64,000 bases of DNA from an uncultured bacterium (GCA_963718575.1 OY970358.1:194172-258171); one strand, 5' to 3'. Positions 42,866 through 53,211 are shown, counted from the stretch's first letter. Notes: generated from the sequence alone by a model not told the origin. Numbers and translations are program-made.

Positions 42866-43408
42866 CTATGAAAGAGGGCCTTGTGGGGTTTCGTCCCCAC
42901 CGGGCGCTTTTTCTTTTTGGGGAGGGTTCTGCAATAGATTCCTTTGCGTATCCAAATATACAATAGGAATATTGAGCTTCTTTAACAAGAAAGAGCACTT
43001 TTCGTGGGGCGATATTAAAGAATAAAAGACATCTTTTGCTTTCAGAAATTTCACCAAGCTCGCGAAATCGCCATCGCTTGAAACGATCAACGCCTTGTCG
43101 AAGCAATGCTCATAGTAATCGACGACCGCACCCAAAACCAGATCTGCATCGCAATTAGCTTTTATGTTACCCCTGTCACCATGCGCTATCTCTTTATGAA
43201 TAGGTACGAATCCCGCTTCGCTTAATCGCAGATAAAGATCCTCCTTTCCGGGGAAAAATCCTAGAAAAAGATATGCCTTCGTGACACCATATCTTTCATG
43301 TAGCCAGATACGAAAACGTGCATAATCCAAAGACCATCCAAGCTCCTCAGCGCCTTTGCGGAGATTTGCCCAGTCGATAAACGCGAAATTATTTTGTTCT
43401 TTTTGCAT
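42866..43408 (-). CDS. NYN/LabA-DUF88 PIN-like nuclease
   Basis: AFIDWANL, KANCDADL, SSDGDF. Confidence 0.88.
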   Translation of the reverse strand: MQKEQNNFAFIDWANLRKGAEELGWSLDYARFRIWLHERYGVTKAYLFLGFFPGKEDLYLRLSEAGFVPIHKEIAHGDRGNIKANCDADLVLGAVVDYYEHCFDKALIVSSDGDFASLVKFLKAKDVFYSLISPHEKCSFLLKKLNIPIVYLDTQRNLLQNPPQKEKAPGGDETPQGPLS

Positions 43409-43462
43409 CCGATAAGGATACAAAAGTCACATTAAATAAATATTAAGTATTTGCAGCGGAAA

Positions 43463-44227
43463 TCACGAGAGATTCTTCTCATGTTGCGCGCGCTTATTAA
43501 AATACGCGCAGTAATCGCATTCGACGCTCGCGGCCGGGATATTTTTATCCATCAAACATTTTTTCATATTCACAATTGTAGCCTCCACCCAATCCGTGTT
43601 GCCCACGTACGGGATCACTTTGATATCGAATTCAAGGCGCGCGTCGAACGCGGCGGCGTCCGCGTTGCCGTTGCAATAAACAAAATAGCCGATTGGCAAT
43701 ACGGCAAACCCGTTTTTGCGGAAGAGCCACTGGTAGATTTCCATCTGTCGCTTGTAGCCGTCCTGCCACTCGGCGTCGAGTGACACCTCTTCCGTCTTTG
43801 ACGTCGCCTTGTAATCCACGATGATCAACTCCCCCGTCGGTGCCACCCACACGTCGTCCACGCCGCCGCGGATCAGCAGATTCGTCGGCTCGTGCAAAAA
43901 TTGAATACCGCGCCGGAGAGAGTCGCGCCACGCGTCGAGCTCCTTGTGCGCGTACGGCACGGCGTCGATGTCGTACTCTTTCATCAACGGATGCGGCGTG
44001 CCCGCGGCGCGATGGATATCGAATTCTTTTTTAAGCAGCGCGTCGACGGCGCTGTTCAGACTGAACGGAAATCCCGGCGGCCGCGCGGTGCCAAGCCGCT
44101 TATCGATATAAAAACATCGCGGGCATTGCACAAAAAGATCGATGCCCGAGCGGCTCACCGTGAACGGCTCGTGCGACTTCGGGTCAAAGAGATTACGGAA
44201 GCGCTGAGGGTTATAATAGGAGGACAT
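43463..44227 (-). CDS. PD-(D/E)XK nuclease (Cas4/AddB-like)
   Basis: SRS..CPRCF, GGVDD..VDYK, QMEIY, CDYC. Confidence 0.85.
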   Translation of the reverse strand: MSSYYNPQRFRNLFDPKSHEPFTVSRSGIDLFVQCPRCFYIDKRLGTARPPGFPFSLNSAVDALLKKEFDIHRAAGTPHPLMKEYDIDAVPYAHKELDAWRDSLRRGIQFLHEPTNLLIRGGVDDVWVAPTGELIIVDYKATSKTEEVSLDAEWQDGYKRQMEIYQWLFRKNGFAVLPIGYFVYCNGNADAAAFDARLEFDIKVIPYVGNTDWVEATIVNMKKCLMDKNIPAASVECDYCAYFNKRAQHEKNLS

Positions 44228-44451
44228 GGCGAGGTTTCGGGTTATTTAATCTTATTATAATCTTTAAATCAAAAGTCCGCTCCCCCACGACGGGTATTGA
44301 TCCAAAAGGAGATGGCGCGGAAATGAGGAAACAATTTCGCATCGCATGCCTTGTGTCTCTAAAGAAGATTTGTGAAGAGCACGATATTCCACTTGATGCC
44401 GTTTGATTTTTATCTCACGGCATCACTCATCCTGAATCAGAAGGCGACCAG

Positions 44452-45213
44452 TTAAATCTGGCCGCCTTTTCCTTTCTTCCACTTCACCGCAGATAGTAAT
44501 GGGTAATAGAGATCTTCATGTGTGCGAATCTCGAATGATGAAAACGGTTTCTTTGAGTGGCGCGGGCGTTCTACAAATGTTATCCATGGCACATCGGTAA
44601 TGACCGCGAGCGGCGTACGCTCGTCGCCTTCTCCCATGAGCACGACTGCGGCGGCGGCGAGGCCGTCCGGGATATTCGTCTGCGTCATCTTGAGTGTACG
44701 ACCGAAAATATCCGGCGTGTTACGATAATCTTTGAGCGGCTCAAATCCGTAATGAGCAAGCGAGATGCCCATGACCCCGCGGCGCAACGGGATGGTGTGC
44801 GAGTCACTGATGATCACGCCGAGATCCTTCACGCCATATTTTTTACGCAACCATGTCCATAGTTTCTTCGCGGCGCGGGTGGAATCTTTCGGCCACAAAA
44901 TATAATATCCATCCGCATTGCTCTCATCGACGCCAGCGGAAGGAATAAATACATTATTTTTCATCGTGTGCATGCACCATGAGCCGGGCGTCATTTCCCT
45001 TGGCAGATAAAGATCCGCCTCACGCATCACAAGCTCGTCCTTTTTTGCATAACGATCCATCGGAACGCATCGCCCTTGCCAAATACTCACGACTTTCGAA
45101 GTCACAACAACGACGCTTTTTTCTTTTAAGGATGGAATCGCGTCGGCAATCGCCGCAAGAAGATCGTCCTTTGGCGGATGGATAATGTCAGTTTTAATAG
45201 TTTTTATTTTCAT
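44452..45213 (-). CDS. CofE-like gamma-glutamyl ligase
   Basis: TSKVVS, AGVDESN, DSHTIPLRRG, MGEGDE.TP. Confidence 0.85.
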   Translation of the reverse strand: MKIKTIKTDIIHPPKDDLLAAIADAIPSLKEKSVVVVTSKVVSIWQGRCVPMDRYAKKDELVMREADLYLPREMTPGSWCMHTMKNNVFIPSAGVDESNADGYYILWPKDSTRAAKKLWTWLRKKYGVKDLGVIISDSHTIPLRRGVMGISLAHYGFEPLKDYRNTPDIFGRTLKMTQTNIPDGLAAAAVVLMGEGDERTPLAVITDVPWITFVERPRHSKKPFSSFEIRTHEDLYYPLLSAVKWKKGKGGQI

Positions 45214-45215
45214 GG

Positions 45216-46415
45216 TTATAACAATCCCTTCGCGATTTTTTCCCGCATCTTTGCCACATACGCATTGAAGAAAAACAGATTATGGAACGTGAGCAACGCG
45301 CCGCCGGTGATCTCGTTCGCGCGCACGAGGTGCGCGATGTATGCGCGCTGATATTTTTGGCAGACCATGCATTCGCACGCGGCGTCGATCGGGCCGTTAT
45401 CTTTTAAGAGCGCTGCTTTGTTGAAATCGACGCGGCCTTCGTGTGCAACGCCGTTCACGCCACCGACGCCGCGCACGGCGCTCTTCTTGCTGACGAACGC
45501 GATGCCACGACGCGCGTAATGCGTCGGCACCGTGCAGTCGAACGTGTCCACGCCGCCCTTAATAATGAGCTCAATGTCTTCCGGATGCCCCATGCCAAGC
45601 AGATGCCGCGGACGCTTTTGATTGAGTAACGGGATCACCCACTGCAGAATCTTTCGGGACTCGTCTTTCGATTCGCCGATGTCGCCGCCGATGCCGAATC
45701 CATCGAAACCGTCCATATGCGCGATCGTCTTTGCGCCCTCTTTTCGCAAGTCCTCAAAGTCCGCGCCCTGCACGATGCCATACAGCGCCTGCTTGGACGT
45801 CCGCGCGTCGAGAGAGCGCTTCGCCCAGCGGTGCGTCCGCGCGAGCGACTGCTTCATGTAATCATGCGTCGCTCCCGGCGGCGGACATTCATCGAACGCA
45901 AATATGATGTCCGCGCCCAGCTTCTGCTGGATTGCGATCGACGTCTCCGGATTCAAAAACAGTTCCTCGCCCGTGAGCGGCGAGCGAAAGTGCACGCCTT
46001 CTTCCGTCATCCGCACGTTGCTCGGCTGATTGCCCCTGTCGATTGCCTGCTCGATCTTCCCCGGATAATATTTTATCGATTTTTTGCCGATGCCAAGGTC
46101 CCGGCCGAAGCCGAGACTGAAGACCTGAAATCCGCCGGAGTCCGTCATCGTCGGCTTCGGCCAATTCATAAATTTATTGATGCCACCGGCAGCCTTCACC
46201 ACTTTTTCGCCCGGCTGGAGGTGTAAGTGATACGTATTCGAAATGAGCAGCTGCGTGCCCGTCGCCGCGATCTCGTCGCTGCGCAAGGCCTTCACCGCCG
46301 CGAGCGTTGCCACCGGCACGATCGCCGGCGTCATCACCTCGCCATGCGGCGTCTTTAATATACCCAACCGCGCGGCGCTCTTTTTAGATTTTTTTAATAC
46401 TTTGAACTCGATCAT
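45216..46415 (-). CDS. tgt: tRNA-guanine transglycosylase
   Basis: NTYHL, TDSGGFQ, DEC, GIVQG, C-terminal Zn ligands. Confidence 0.95.
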   Translation of the reverse strand: MIEFKVLKKSKKSAARLGILKTPHGEVMTPAIVPVATLAAVKALRSDEIAATGTQLLISNTYHLHLQPGEKVVKAAGGINKFMNWPKPTMTDSGGFQVFSLGFGRDLGIGKKSIKYYPGKIEQAIDRGNQPSNVRMTEEGVHFRSPLTGEELFLNPETSIAIQQKLGADIIFAFDECPPPGATHDYMKQSLARTHRWAKRSLDARTSKQALYGIVQGADFEDLRKEGAKTIAHMDGFDGFGIGGDIGESKDESRKILQWVIPLLNQKRPRHLLGMGHPEDIELIIKGGVDTFDCTVPTHYARRGIAFVSKKSAVRGVGGVNGVAHEGRVDFNKAALLKDNGPIDAACECMVCQKYQRAYIAHLVRANEITGGALLTFHNLFFFNAYVAKMREKIAKGLL

Positions 46416-46440
46416 GGCTGTAGTGTAATCTAAAACTATA

Positions 46441-46517
46441 TAAATATAAAAGCCCGCTTGTTTTAAGACCGTTGCGTCTTCGCACTAGGTCGCAAAACAA
46501 GCGGGCTTTTATATTTA
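46441..46517. repeat. Long hairpin, core related to 54709-54791
   Basis: 24-bp arms; inner GACC-GT-TGCG-TCTT-CGCA-CTA-GGTC. Confidence 0.8.
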
Positions 46518-46856
46518 CTGCTGTGCCGGGATCATCGGACCGCCGGGAGTGCTCGTGGCACCGCCCGTCGTCTCGCCCGACGGCATATAACCGCCGCCGT
46601 ATCCTCCATCACTCTGCATCATCGAATGTTCGTGGTAGTAGGATCCGCCAAACGCGGCGTGGAGCTCATCGCGAAACTCTCCCGCCTTTACGCCCAGCGC
46701 AAAAACGAAAGCGAGGATCACGATGCCCACGATCCACCAGATCAGGCGATGGCCATGCCCGCATCCGCATCCACACCCGCAGGTGCATCCAGCACCGCAC
46801 GCGCACGTCGTTTTGCCCGTCGATACTATCTTCTGTCCGTTCTTCATTTCGTCCAT
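46515..46856 (-). CDS. Membrane protein with Cys/Gly-rich N-terminus
   Basis: CACGAGCTCGCGCGCGH followed by a TM helix. Confidence 0.6.
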   Translation of the reverse strand: MDEMKNGQKIVSTGKTTCACGAGCTCGCGCGCGHGHRLIWWIVGIVILAFVFALGVKAGEFRDELHAAFGGSYYHEHSMMQSDGGYGGGYMPSGETTGGATSTPGGPMIPAQQ

Positions 46857-46947
46857 CTTTTGAATGACGTTAAAAAAATCCTTTTCATCGACGACCTTTA
46901 CTTTCCCTCATTATACATTATATTGGGAAGTAGTAAATGGAGGCACC

Positions 46948-47259
46948 ATGGAAAACCCTCTAGAGGATGCTCCTATCGCCCATCGCCCTTTTATCGATTT
47001 CACCGTAGGGATGATGCCTTCGGAGCATATCCGTGCATTCGGCAAGCGCGTGCGAAACCTTCGCAAAGAACAAGGCCTTAGCCAACAAACACTTGCCGAT
47101 CGAGCAAATCTAAAACGTCCCTATCTTGCAAGGATAGAAAATGGCCGATGCCTTCCGACGATGAACGGGCATGTAAAACTTGCCTGTGCGCTCGATATTG
47201 AACTCTCTGACTTCGTATATGAAACATGGAGCAGAATCATCTACTCCGTCAATCAATAA
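46948..47259 (+). CDS. XRE-family HTH regulator (SD-led)
   Basis: FGKRVRNLRKEQGLSQQTLA...YLARIENG; GGAGG; terminator 47276-47305. Confidence 0.85.
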   Translation: MENPLEDAPIAHRPFIDFTVGMMPSEHIRAFGKRVRNLRKEQGLSQQTLADRANLKRPYLARIENGRCLPTMNGHVKLACALDIELSDFVYETWSRIIYSVNQ

Positions 47260-47343
47260 AAAACTTCTTTTCTTTCCCGCGCCCCATCCGGCGCGGGATT
47301 TTTTCTGGAAAAAATCCATAAAATCGGCTACAATCGAAGCATT

Positions 47344-49470
47344 ATGGAACCGCGTTATAATCACGCCGAAGTCGAGAAGAAAATATACGAGCAATGGGAA
47401 AAATCGGGGTATTTTAACCCGGACGTTTGTATAGAAAAAGGCGTGACCGCCGCCGACGCGGAGCCGTTCTCCATCGTGCTTCCGCCGCCGAATGTGACGG
47501 GCACCCTACATATGGGACACGCGGCGATGCTCGTGATCGAAGACATCATGGTGCGCGTAAATCGCATGCGGGGGAAAAAGACGCTCTGGATCCCCGGCAC
47601 CGATCACGCCGCGATCGCTACGCAATCGAAAGTGGAAAAAGATATCGTCAAGGCCGAAGGAAAAAATCGCCACGATCTCGGCCGCGAGGAATTTTTGAAG
47701 CGCGTTCGCGCGTTCGCGCAAGAAAGCCATGACACGATCGTGAATCAAGTGAAGCGTATAGGTGCATCGCTCGACTGGAGCCGCGAAGCATATACGCTCG
47801 ACGATAAACGTGAAATCGCCGTCCGCACTGCGTTCAAAAAGATGTACGACCTCGGTTTGATCTATCGCGGGCATCGCGTGATCAACTGGGACGTCAAAGG
47901 GCAGACCACGATCTCCGACGATGAGATCGTTTACGAAGAGCGCAAAGCAAAATTATATACATTTCGATACGACGAACACTTCCCTATTTCCATCGCCACC
48001 ACGCGCCTTGAAACAAAGTTCGGCGATACCGCCGTCGCAGTGCATCCTTCGGATGATCGTTACAAACAATTCGTCGGAAAAACGTTCGACGTGGATTTTT
48101 GCGGGACGCCGCTCTCCATAAAAGTGATCGCGGACGAATCGGTGGAAAAGGATTTTGGCACCGGCGCGCTCGGCGTCACGCCCGCGCACAGCATGATCGA
48201 CTGGGAGATCGCCCAGCGGCACGACCTGCCGTTCAAGCAAGTAATAGACGAGTATGGAAAGATGACAGTAAATGATCCGCTCGTGCAAGGCAGGAAGACC
48301 GCGGAGGCACGAGAGATCACAGCGGAAGACCTGCGCGCACGCGGCTTGATCGAAAAAGAAGAGGAGATATTGCAGAATGTGGCGACCGCGGAGCGCACCG
48401 GCGGTATCATCGAGCCCCTGCCAAAATTGCAATGGTTTATCGGGGTCAATAAGCCGTTCGGTGATATGAAAAAAACATTAAAAGAATTGATGAAGGAGGC
48501 CGTCACGAAGGATGGCATCGTAATCCTGCCCGAGCGGTTCGAGCGCATTTATTTTAACTGGATCGATAACCTGCGCGACTGGTGCATCTCGCGCCAGATA
48601 TGGTTTGGACATCAGATTCCCGTATGGTACAAGGGCGATGAGATTTTTGTCGGCATCGCAGTGCCTGAGGGTGACGAGTGGATGCAGGATCCTGACACGC
48701 TCGACACATGGTTCTCGTCCGGACTCTGGCCGTTCAGCACGCTCGGCTGGCCGGAAAAGACCGCCGACCTCGGCACGTATTTCCCGAACGCGGTCCTCGA
48801 AACAGGCTATGATATTCTGTTCTTCTGGGTCGCACGTATGATTTTAATGAGCAAAGTATTGATGGACGCCGCACCGTTCAACCGCGTTTACCTGCACGGC
48901 CTTGTCCGCGACGACAAGGGACGCAAGATGTCGAAGAGCCTCGGCAACATCATCGACCCGCTCACGATGGCGGACAAATACGGCGCGGATGCCACTCGCC
49001 TCTCGCTCGTGATCGGCGCTGCTGCGGGCAACGACATCAAGCTCTCCGAAGACCGCATCCGCGGCTATCGCAACTTCTCCACGAAATTGTGGAATATCGC
49101 GCGATTCATCAATATGAACAAGCCAGAAAAGGAGCTGCCGACGAATGTATTCCCCGGCGACCGCGCGGAGATAAAAGAATTAGATGAACTCAAACGCGAC
49201 ATTACCAACCATATCGACGATTTTGAATTCCACCTCGCCGGCGAAAAACTCTATCACTACACCTGGCATCGCCTTGCCGACGAGATCATCGAACAGGAAA
49301 AGAAAAAACTGGCCGATGGCACCGACGCAGAAAAGGCGCAGTCCTACGCGCTGCTCGAACGCCTCCTCCTTGGGTCAGTCACGATGCTTCACCCATTTAT
49401 GCCTTTCATCACCGAGGAGATCTATCAGATCTTCCGCCCGGGAAAGATGCTGATGGTGGAAAAATGGTAA
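47344..49470 (+). CDS. valS: Valine--tRNA ligase (lacks C-terminal coiled coil)
   Basis: PPPNVTGTLHMGH, DWCISRQ, KMSKS. Confidence 0.97.
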   Translation: MEPRYNHAEVEKKIYEQWEKSGYFNPDVCIEKGVTAADAEPFSIVLPPPNVTGTLHMGHAAMLVIEDIMVRVNRMRGKKTLWIPGTDHAAIATQSKVEKDIVKAEGKNRHDLGREEFLKRVRAFAQESHDTIVNQVKRIGASLDWSREAYTLDDKREIAVRTAFKKMYDLGLIYRGHRVINWDVKGQTTISDDEIVYEERKAKLYTFRYDEHFPISIATTRLETKFGDTAVAVHPSDDRYKQFVGKTFDVDFCGTPLSIKVIADESVEKDFGTGALGVTPAHSMIDWEIAQRHDLPFKQVIDEYGKMTVNDPLVQGRKTAEAREITAEDLRARGLIEKEEEILQNVATAERTGGIIEPLPKLQWFIGVNKPFGDMKKTLKELMKEAVTKDGIVILPERFERIYFNWIDNLRDWCISRQIWFGHQIPVWYKGDEIFVGIAVPEGDEWMQDPDTLDTWFSSGLWPFSTLGWPEKTADLGTYFPNAVLETGYDILFFWVARMILMSKVLMDAAPFNRVYLHGLVRDDKGRKMSKSLGNIIDPLTMADKYGADATRLSLVIGAAAGNDIKLSEDRIRGYRNFSTKLWNIARFINMNKPEKELPTNVFPGDRAEIKELDELKRDITNHIDDFEFHLAGEKLYHYTWHRLADEIIEQEKKKLADGTDAEKAQSYALLERLLLGSVTMLHPFMPFITEEIYQIFRPGKMLMVEKW

Positions 49471-49551
49471 GCGCCCTGCCAGCCATTGACTCGTCGACTT
49501 AAAAGATGTATATTTTCGACCAGTTAGTAACCAGACTGGAGGAGTCGGGAT

Positions 49552-50064
49552 ATGGATATCAAAGCACTTCAAGCGGCTGCAGAGAAACTCGATGCGTCAG
49601 CGAAAAAGATCAACCACCTCAACCCAAAGCAGCTAAGGGTTGCTCGGCTGATCACGGAAGAGCATGTGATGGATGAGATCGCCAGCTTGCTCAAGACGTC
49701 CAGGCTCATCGTGCGACGCCATGTCCATAAAATTCATGGCATCCTCGATACCAAAGACCTAACCCAGTTGGCAATCGTGATCTACTGGAAAGAACTGATG
49801 GAGGATGATGATCCCGGCACGCCGAACAGACCCCTTTGCGAGCTATTGTCGCCCAAGGAGCTCGAGGTTGCCTATCTCATTCTCGATGAATCCAGCAATA
49901 GGGAGATCGGCGTTCGGCTCGCTATCGCGCTCGACACCGTCGAAAATTACATCCAGCATATTTTCAACAAACTCGGGATGTCCAGCAGGATTGAAGTTGC
50001 CCACTATGTTGTTCGTGAAATCTTCTTTGCCACCCACACCATTTACTCCCCGGTGCCTCAATGA
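49552..50064 (+). CDS. Tandem LuxR-HTH regulator (SD-led, no receiver domain)
   Basis: LNPKQLRVA..HVHKIHGIL and LSPKELEVA..NREIG..TVENYIQHIFNKLG; TTGACT-N17-TATATT, GGAGGAG. Confidence 0.85.
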   Translation: MDIKALQAAAEKLDASAKKINHLNPKQLRVARLITEEHVMDEIASLLKTSRLIVRRHVHKIHGILDTKDLTQLAIVIYWKELMEDDDPGTPNRPLCELLSPKELEVAYLILDESSNREIGVRLAIALDTVENYIQHIFNKLGMSSRIEVAHYVVREIFFATHTIYSPVPQ

Positions 50065-50104
50065 GGCCCGGGGAGTTTCACTATTATCATGGTAGAATAA
50101 GGTC

Positions 50105-50797
50105 ATGGTGATGCTCGTCCTTTCTATCGTCGCCGGACTGCTCCCCGGCTTCGCGTGGCTTATGTTCTATCTCGGTGAGGCTACGCACGCAGAGCCGAAG
50201 CGGCTCATCGCGTTCACGTTCATCGTAGGCATGGCCTTCGGGTTCTTCACCGTCGCGATCGAGAATATTTTCAACGGGTGGGCGTCCAGGATCGGCATCC
50301 AGGAACTCTCGCTCCTGTCGCTCTTCGGCCTCGCCATTATCGAGGAACTGATGAAGTTCGCCGCGGCGCACTTTGCCGTGAACCGCGCGCCGGAGTTCAA
50401 CGAACCGGCGGATGCGATGATCTATATGATCGTCGCGGCGCTCGGCTTTGCCACGCTCGAGAACATCGGCGCGATCGCCGGCATCTCACCGTCCGCAACG
50501 CTCATCCCCGCCGTGCTCGAGACCATCTCGTTGCGATTCGTGGGCGCCACGCTCCTCCACACGCTCACGTCGGGCATCGTCGGTTACTACTGGGCGGTCG
50601 GCATCGTGGAAGGGAAAGCGAAGCGCTTCCTCGCGGTCGGCATCACGGTCGCCGCTATTTTACACGCCACCTTCAACTATCTTATCGTCACCTATGGAGG
50701 TGCGGTCTATTCTGTGATATTCTTGATGATAGTCGGATTCTTTGTATTGAACGATTTTGAAGCACTCAAGGCGAAGCCAATCAACCTTATCGTATAA
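50105..50797 (+). CDS. PrsW-family intramembrane protease
   Basis: IEELMK, ALGFATLEN, LHATFN. Confidence 0.9.
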   Translation: MVMLVLSIVAGLLPGFAWLMFYLGEATHAEPKRLIAFTFIVGMAFGFFTVAIENIFNGWASRIGIQELSLLSLFGLAIIEELMKFAAAHFAVNRAPEFNEPADAMIYMIVAALGFATLENIGAIAGISPSATLIPAVLETISLRFVGATLLHTLTSGIVGYYWAVGIVEGKAKRFLAVGITVAAILHATFNYLIVTYGGAVYSVIFLMIVGFFVLNDFEALKAKPINLIV

Positions 50798-50818
50798 ACA
50801 ATTTGCTATAATAATTTT

Positions 50819-51343
50819 ATGATCATAAACAGCGAGGACGAGAAATTTTTTGAGGATCTTGCCGGCGCGAAGACGGAAGCCGACGGCGAGTACGACGTGG
50901 AACTCGTGAAGGCGTCGAGCGGCGCAGTTGCTTCGCGCCCGGCATCCGCCGCGCCGAAGATGATCCGCACCGCAAAAGAAGACAAAGAGGATCTCTGGGC
51001 CGACGGCGAACCGGAAGGCCAGCTGACGGTGGACGTCTATCAGACGGCGAACGACATCGTCGTGGAATCCGCGATTGCGGGCGTGGCGCCGGACGACATC
51101 GATGTGAACGTCACCACCGACTCGATCTCCATCCGCGGCTCGCGCAAGCGCGAGAAGACCGTGCGCGACGATGATTACCTCTATCAGGAATGCTACTGGG
51201 GCAAATTCGGCCGCTCCATCATATTGCCGCAGGAAGTTGACCCGGAAGGCGCGGTGGTCAAGTTCAAGAACGGGATTCTGACGGTGACCCTGCCAAAAGC
51301 GAATAAGAAGAAGATCCACAAGTTGAAGATTCGGGTGGACTAA
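50819..51343 (+). CDS. Hsp20/alpha-crystallin chaperone
   Basis: VDVYQT, ECYWGKFGRSIILP, NGILTVTLPK. Confidence 0.93.
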   Translation: MIINSEDEKFFEDLAGAKTEADGEYDVELVKASSGAVASRPASAAPKMIRTAKEDKEDLWADGEPEGQLTVDVYQTANDIVVESAIAGVAPDDIDVNVTTDSISIRGSRKREKTVRDDDYLYQECYWGKFGRSIILPQEVDPEGAVVKFKNGILTVTLPKANKKKIHKLKIRVD

Positions 51344-51344
51344 G

Positions 51345-51459
51345 GGCCTAAGTGACACACCTTTCGAAAGGACGGCGTTCCGATCTGCTGACCGGCCGCC
51401 TTAGCTCTCAGCGCCTTCGCGCTTCCGACACACCTTCCAAAAGGTGTGTCACTTAGGCC
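51345..51459. repeat. REP/MITE-like element, 20-bp arms, core related to 5805-5922
   Basis: GGCCTAAGTGACACACCTTT/AAAGGTGTGTCACTTAGGCC. Confidence 0.82.
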
Positions 51460-51539
51460 AATAATAAACCCCGATATATCAACTTGCGTAAATTATTCTT
51501 TTCCGCTATAATCTTTCAGTAATTTAACCAATCAAAGAC

Positions 51540-51761
51540 ATGAGGAAATGCGCCAAGTGCGAGAAAACTTCACAGATGGGCGGACACCGGATTTTGCTCC
51601 GCGGCCATTACAATCCCACGAACTGGACCCGAAAGTATCCGAATTTGCAGTACGCGACGATCGACGGCAAGCGCCAGCTCGTTTGCACCGGCTGCTTAAG
51701 GACTTTGCATAAAGCGCCGCACAAGGTAGTGCGCAAGACGGCGGTTACGGCGGCAAAATAA
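51540..51761 (+). CDS. rpmB: 50S ribosomal protein L28
   Basis: C..C..K...RKYPNLQ...VCTGCLRT. Confidence 0.85.
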   Translation: MRKCAKCEKTSQMGGHRILLRGHYNPTNWTRKYPNLQYATIDGKRQLVCTGCLRTLHKAPHKVVRKTAVTAAK

Positions 51762-51780
51762 CTTTTTTAAACTTAATAGC

Positions 51781-53112
51781 ATGCTGAAAGAGGGTGCCTA
51801 TGCTGAAGTTGAGCCAGATTCGAATGAAAGCATCGAGCAAATAAAATCCCCTGAAATTCCCGACGAAAATTATGGAGAGCTGCTTCTTTCTGGCGATCTC
51901 GCCGGCGAAGGAGGAAGAGCTGTTATCGTAAAGCTCTCTCGCGATAATGTAGCGGAAAATCTTCGGCCCGCATATAAATCATTGAGCCTCGACAGAGAGG
52001 CCGAGGAAAAAGCTGTTAAGGTTTTTAAACTCTATCTCCCCAATAAAGGAAAGAATGAGTACGAAATACACTCGAGGATGCAAAGAATGATCGAAGAACT
52101 GCCGGATGATCAAAAGAATGAGTTTGCTCGCGTGCCGACACTTTCTTCATCCCGAGATATTTCACTTACTCCAGATATGCGACATAAACTCGAAGAACAT
52201 TTCCAACTTTCCAGCCTTGGCGAACGATCCATCCTTATCACTATGGAATATATCGACGGCGAAGATCTTGCGACTATTTTTTATAAATGGATACTGGAAC
52301 ATAAAAGTGACGATGCCCAACGGATGGTTATTCCTTCTTATAAAACAGACATGATGAGCTTTGGCGAGTTATATATTGCGTTGGCAAAAAAACTTAACCT
52401 CGAATCCCCTCCTGAGGGTATAGATGCACCCCAAGAGGTTCTCGAACGAGCAGAATGGAAAGTGTCCCAGAGAAATGCGGATAAAATATATAGCTACCTC
52501 CGAAAGTATAATTTCCCAATGCCGCCTCAAGTCGCATCTCGCCTAGAAAATACCCTCAAACTCATGCACAAGGGGCGCATGACGCACGGCGATGCTTTTG
52601 AGAGAAATATTATGCTTACCGGAGGTTCTAAGGCCTTAAGAGAAAAAGGCACGCTTGAAGGTGAAGATACCTTTTTGATCGATTTTGGAGAATCGCGCGA
52701 TCACTTTGTTGAGTCGGTCGATGATTTCAATGTCGTGCGGCGATTAAAAACCCTTTCACTCTCCCGTGATCAGGAAATCCAACTGGCCAAAAGCAAAGAA
52801 TTTGAAGATATAAATACTAAAGCAGAGTTAATAAAAGGGAATGGAAAATGGCGCCAGACCTATGAAGCCATAAAGAAGCAGGCAAAATCGGATCCAGAAA
52901 AAGCCATTATAAGCGCGTGGAATAATACCGCGATACTTAAAGAGAGCGGCGTGGAAGATTTCTCGATTATCGTAAGGGGGCTTATTGAAGAAGGATTAGT
53001 ACAAAAGGCTATCGCTGCTGATTTTTTAAAAGAAAAAGGCAAGGAAAAAATGACCCCGTTTAGAAAGAATCTCTTAGCGAAATGCGCAGAGTGGTTAAAT
53101 ATCGACGCATAA
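51781..53112 (+). CDS. Protein-kinase-fold protein
   Basis: AVK, MEYIDG, HGD..ERN, LIDFG. Confidence 0.7.
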   Translation: MLKEGAYAEVEPDSNESIEQIKSPEIPDENYGELLLSGDLAGEGGRAVIVKLSRDNVAENLRPAYKSLSLDREAEEKAVKVFKLYLPNKGKNEYEIHSRMQRMIEELPDDQKNEFARVPTLSSSRDISLTPDMRHKLEEHFQLSSLGERSILITMEYIDGEDLATIFYKWILEHKSDDAQRMVIPSYKTDMMSFGELYIALAKKLNLESPPEGIDAPQEVLERAEWKVSQRNADKIYSYLRKYNFPMPPQVASRLENTLKLMHKGRMTHGDAFERNIMLTGGSKALREKGTLEGEDTFLIDFGESRDHFVESVDDFNVVRRLKTLSLSRDQEIQLAKSKEFEDINTKAELIKGNGKWRQTYEAIKKQAKSDPEKAIISAWNNTAILKESGVEDFSIIVRGLIEEGLVQKAIAADFLKEKGKEKMTPFRKNLLAKCAEWLNIDA

Positions 53113-53140
53113 GTTATATTAACAAGGCGTAAACACAGGA

Positions 53141-53211
53141 CGGGCCGTAGTATACCGGCAGTACGAGCGCATGGGGTGCGTTTAGACCGGGTTCGATTCC
53201 CGGCGGCCCGA
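53141..53211 (+). tRNA. tRNA-Pro(GGG)
   Basis: C1-G72, loop ATGGGGT, GGTTCGATTCC. Confidence 0.92.

Noticed and set aside
43463-44227. Cas4 indicating CRISPR-Cas
   Set aside because: Solo PD-(D/E)XK nuclease; no other cas genes or repeat-spacer array seen in the window.
47344-49470. Short ValRS and extended L22 as anomalies
   Set aside because: Clean stops; to my knowledge such variants are common in CPR.
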